Shown here in pieces: positions 60,501-64,000 of a stretch of DNA of 64,000 nt. The stretch spans positions 342,250 through 406,249 of the forward strand of contig WELB01000012.1 of assembly GCA_009602725.1 (NCBI GenBank). The letters run 5' to 3'. Below the pieces are notes generated by a model. That model did not search any database and was not told the origin of the DNA. It worked only from the letters and a program-made list of their open reading frames with translations. This stretch comes from Spirogloea muscicola (lineage: Eukaryota). The first letter of the stretch is position 1. Every line of letters begins with the position of its first letter. Position numbers and translations under genes: made by a program.

Positions 60501-61165
60501 TTGACACCTCGAGGCATTGGTGCTGTGGCAGGTCTGGAGAAATGCTGATTGCGGCAGCATAGAACCAGTGAGCATCTGGTTCCCAAAAGCCCCCGTCGGC
60601 TATGTGGCACTCGGCTGTGTGGCCATGCAGGAGTACTTTGAGCCTGATCTGACGGCTGTCAAGTGCGCACGTCTCACCAACAACTCCAGTCATCTTGTGC
60701 ATCCAAGAAGGCTACATATATTGCATGGCCTTCACAGTAGGCTCTCCTTAGTGCAGCTGATTGACTGGGAGCAACACAGTAGGCTCAAGATTGTCATGAT
60801 TTGGCTCTCTGCCGCTCCTCGCTCTCACTGCCTTTCACAGCCGCCCAAGTAAGTGCAGCTGCTTTACAGGTTTCCCTTGATTCATGAAGGGGCACATTTG
60901 GTGATTCCTCAGGTGTGTGCACCAGAGTGTCATCGACAAAGCAGAACTGCAGCATGAGCCTCTGTGGACCTCTCACCATTGTAAAGCTCCTCATTACCCA
61001 GTCAGCCTTTTTGAGGTGAGGAACGAGGCAAGGACGTTCCTGGCCTTGCATGCTGATGTAGTGTCTTGGAGCGAAAGCTCCTCACCACTTGGCAGTGTGG
61101 AGCTCAAGCCGCTGAAGGTGAGGGTTGAAGGTGAAGTACACGCTTCTTCAGCAGGACATAGTTGA
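33584..61165 (+). CDS. VPS13: VPS13 bridge-like lipid transfer protein, plant VPS13M1-type, multi-exon
   Basis: Chorein N-terminus MLEERVAEILQRYLGDYVQGLSKDALKISVWRGDLELQNMQLKPEALNALKLPLKVKAGFLG. Also FSIDLDIAAPKV, a PH-like segment (~39500-40280), Vps62-like repeats (FWRPRAPPGFASLGDC, IWRPSPPQGYAILGD, FWYPVAPSGYKALG), WEPLMEP, a DysF/peroxin-like segment (VFENQRYQP...GWEWTSDW...RRRRWVRTR), VAB repeats, ATG2_C-like GVTGLVTRPV and C-terminal Vps62-like repeats. Stop at 61163-61165. Confidence 0.95.
35163..35200. repeat. Perfect 19-bp tandem duplication (CTTGTAGTAGAGTGAGCTC x2) in a VPS13 intron
   Basis: Read directly; a second imperfect ~27-bp-period duplication lies at 35257-35308 in the same intron. 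Confidence 0.9.
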
Positions 61166-61922
61166 CCCCCAGTAAGGCTGCATAAATTGCCATGTATAGC
61201 CCTGACAATGCAGACTGCATGTTGTCTACTGTTCAAGTCTCTGTGGTCTGCACACTTCAGTCGCAACCTTCTTAAATGCTGTGTGCTTTGCACAGTGGAA
61301 ATTACTTACCTGTCATGAAGGTGTTTAGAAGAAGTTTAGAAGTTACCCTAAAATGCGTGTATACTACTAGCTGTACCTCTAGACCCCATTCTTTTCATTC
61401 GTCCAGGAAACAATTGCAAACAAATTCTTTTGTACATAATATTTAGATTATTCGAGCTCTTTGGTGGATTTCTGCTTTGCCCGCTTCCTCTAAGTGCACC
61501 TTGCTGCAATAAGATTCCATGGCACACGATGTATGATCGTGTGATGCATCAAGCTAAACAGAGGCCACAGGCATGAAACATTCCGGCCAGACAAATGCTT
61601 TGATTGTCATCAACGACGGAGTCTCCATCTGTAACCGTGCATTGCTGCCTGCATTTGCCACAGCCTCATATTCGTTCCTTACTCTTACCTGACATAACAT
61701 CCTGGAACACACACAGGGCGAGCAATCAAGGAAGGTGAGCTCACATGGCTCACTTGAGCTGAGCCACACCACTGCAAGTGTGCAGTCACTGTCGTGTTCT
61801 GCATACCTTGCAGGCCAGCACGGGTGACTTTTCAGCATATCTTGCGCTGACTACATGCTGCACAAGATCCAGACCAGTAAAATAGTCATGCATGCCCTTG
61901 TGATATTGGTCACATGCGACAA

Positions 61923-64000
61923 CTAAAGAGGGGCTCCGCCTGTGCTCTGCTGGAAGTTGATAAGGGAGCGGTATGCCCCATCGGGCTGCCGGACAAGGTC
62001 TGCATGCCGGCCCTGCTCCACGACCTGGCCCTTCTCAACGACCGCAATGATGTCGGCATTGCGAATGGTGCTCAGCCGGTGGGCCACAACCACAGTGGTC
62101 CGGCCGCCCAGACCCAGCAACCGGTCCAGTGCCTCTTGCACGACTCGCTCCGACTCCGCATCAAGTGCCGAGGTCGCCTGGAGCAGCCGGCAAGCAGATG
62201 CACTTTGGCTGGTAAGCCGGTCTGAACATTCCAACGTGTCAGAGGCGAGTTCTAATTGCAAGCCGTGCAAGGCAACACAAGGACCTGACTCGACATGCGT
62301 ACTGCTCCTGCAAAGGCTTTCACTGAGCACACCGCAGATGCTGGCAAGGCTTCGGCGTCACCTCATCAAGGAGTAGGATGGCCGGGGTCTTGAGGATTGC
62401 TCGCGCAATGGCCACCCTCTGCTTCTGGCCTCCTGAGAGCTGCACGCCCCTGTCCCCCACCTGCCACAATCAGAGCAAATGAGGCCGTCAGTGCCGCCTG
62501 TTGGATTCACCACACACATTGATGGACATTGAACTCCATATCACAGCCCACCTCCGTATTATAGCCATCTGGCAAGGTGCTGATGAAGCTGTGCGCATTG
62601 GCGGCCTTGGCCGCCTCCACAATTTCCGCTTCGGTTGCGTTGTCCTTCCCATACATTATATTATCTCGTATCCTGTGCAAGTTGTGAGGTGTATTTGCAG
62701 TGTGGAGCACAATAAGCTTCATAAAAGCAAATAAGACGTGGTGAAGCAACACAGTAGCAGTTTTGTCATCTGCCATGCAGTAAGTTTGAGTTGGCACACA
62801 GCAGTGGGCAGGCAGGAAGTGCACCCTAGTAGGACGCAACATTGGGAGGTCCAGTGCTCACGTAGTGGAGAAGAGCGCAGGCTCCTGGGCCACGAGCGCA
62901 ATGTGTGTGCGCAGCCAGCGGAGGTTCAGAGTCCGGATGTCGTGGCCATCCACCAGCACGGCCCCTCCCAATGGATCGTAGAACCGCTCTACCAGCGAAA
63001 GCACCGTGCTTTTACCGGAGCCGCTAGCCCCGACAAGAGCCACTGTTTTGCCTGCTGGAACCTGCAACAGTGAAATACCGCTTCCTCTTACCGCGCAACC
63101 TGAGCTGAATGTAAATAAGGCACCATTACACATTCCGGACTTGATATGTTGGTCGTCTGCACTAAGAAATCTGCAAGCCAGCAAGCTGCAGTCATCAGCT
63201 GGTGGCTTACAGTCAGGCTGAACGATGAGAAGACGGGCACGTCTGGTCGCGACGGGTACCGGAACTCGATGTTCCGGAGCTCGATCTTGCCTCTGACCTG
63301 GTCCAACTTCTTGCCACTGGGGTCGTCTGGCTCGATCTCTGTCCTGTAGTCCAGCACCTCATACAACGAGTCTACGGCGCGGCCCCCCTTGGCCAGGTCG
63401 GGGGCCAGCGTCAGCGTCTCCGCAATTGCAAAGGACGTCATAATGAGCACAATGAACACCTGCCACACACAAGCACTTTGCATGGCAGCAGCTGAGCGTG
63501 CTGCTTCCACGAGGCTTCCCCCTGAGCTGCAGCACTAACATGCCTGTCTGGACACCCAATCGGTCACAGAAGCATGCATTGGTGCTAATCAGTGACGCTA
63601 TTGTTTGGCACGCATGACGATCTACAAATTAAGTGATCAAATGGTTCCCAGATATGAGACTCCCATATAGACTGCTTCTCACCTTGAGCACCTCTTTGAA
63701 AGTCGCATCGCCGTCCCTGACCAGGATGCCGCCGTACCAGAGACCGAGGCCAAAGGAGGTGTACATGCAGAACTGCAGCCATCACATACTGCAAATCAGC
63801 TTCAAGCAATTTCTTAGATGCTGGTGCAGGCAACATGGTCTTGATTCGAGCGCGGCTGACCCTGCATCCACAGTACCTGGGAGAAGCCAAATCCAAAGCC
63901 TGCAACCTGGCCTCGCACAAATGTCCGACGTAGTGGTCCGACTAGATGGCTCTCAAAGAGCGCCAGAACCTGTTGATCATGGCGTACAATATATCAGCCT
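61923..64000 (-). CDS. ABCB (MDR/P-glycoprotein) full transporter, 3' part (end of TMD2 + NBD2)
   Basis: [30 protein letters not shown], Walker [17 protein letters not shown]-loop VAQEPALF, signature [14 protein letters not shown], Walker [16 protein letters not shown] and H-loop VAHRLSTI. The gene continues beyond the window. Confidence 0.95.

Overview
Gene-dense eukaryotic nuclear DNA with many short spliceosomal introns and very GC-rich first exons. The gene set is plant-type; my inference is a streptophyte green alga or early-diverging plant. I could reconstruct eleven protein-coding genes by eye, almost perfectly alternating in strand: PHT2;1 phosphate transporter (+), RH50-like DEAD-box helicase (-), ARPC2 (+), U-box/ARM E3 ligase (-), BUB3 (-), a small twin-CX9C Mic19/CHCHD3-like protein (+), plastid triosephosphate isomerase (-), RHIP1-like (+), a 134-aa three-exon hypothetical gene that the ORF track shows only as fragments (-), a 27.6-kb VPS13M1-like gene (+) and the 3' part of an ABCB transporter (-). 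An assembly gap (7205-8170) follows a 112-nt poly(T) run. The main unexplained signal is a dispersed, modular repeat family. Its ~55-bp core contains a GGGCTG-N7/8-CAGCCC dyad followed by (G/A)AAAAGAAT(T/G)GACAA. At least 11 copies lie in three clusters, all upstream of gene 5' ends, with inverted pairs, ~180-205-bp spacing, flanking GC hairpins and a second shared motif. I recognised no RNA genes, CRISPR arrays or transposase/RT ORFs. All family assignments come from recalled motifs, not from database searches.
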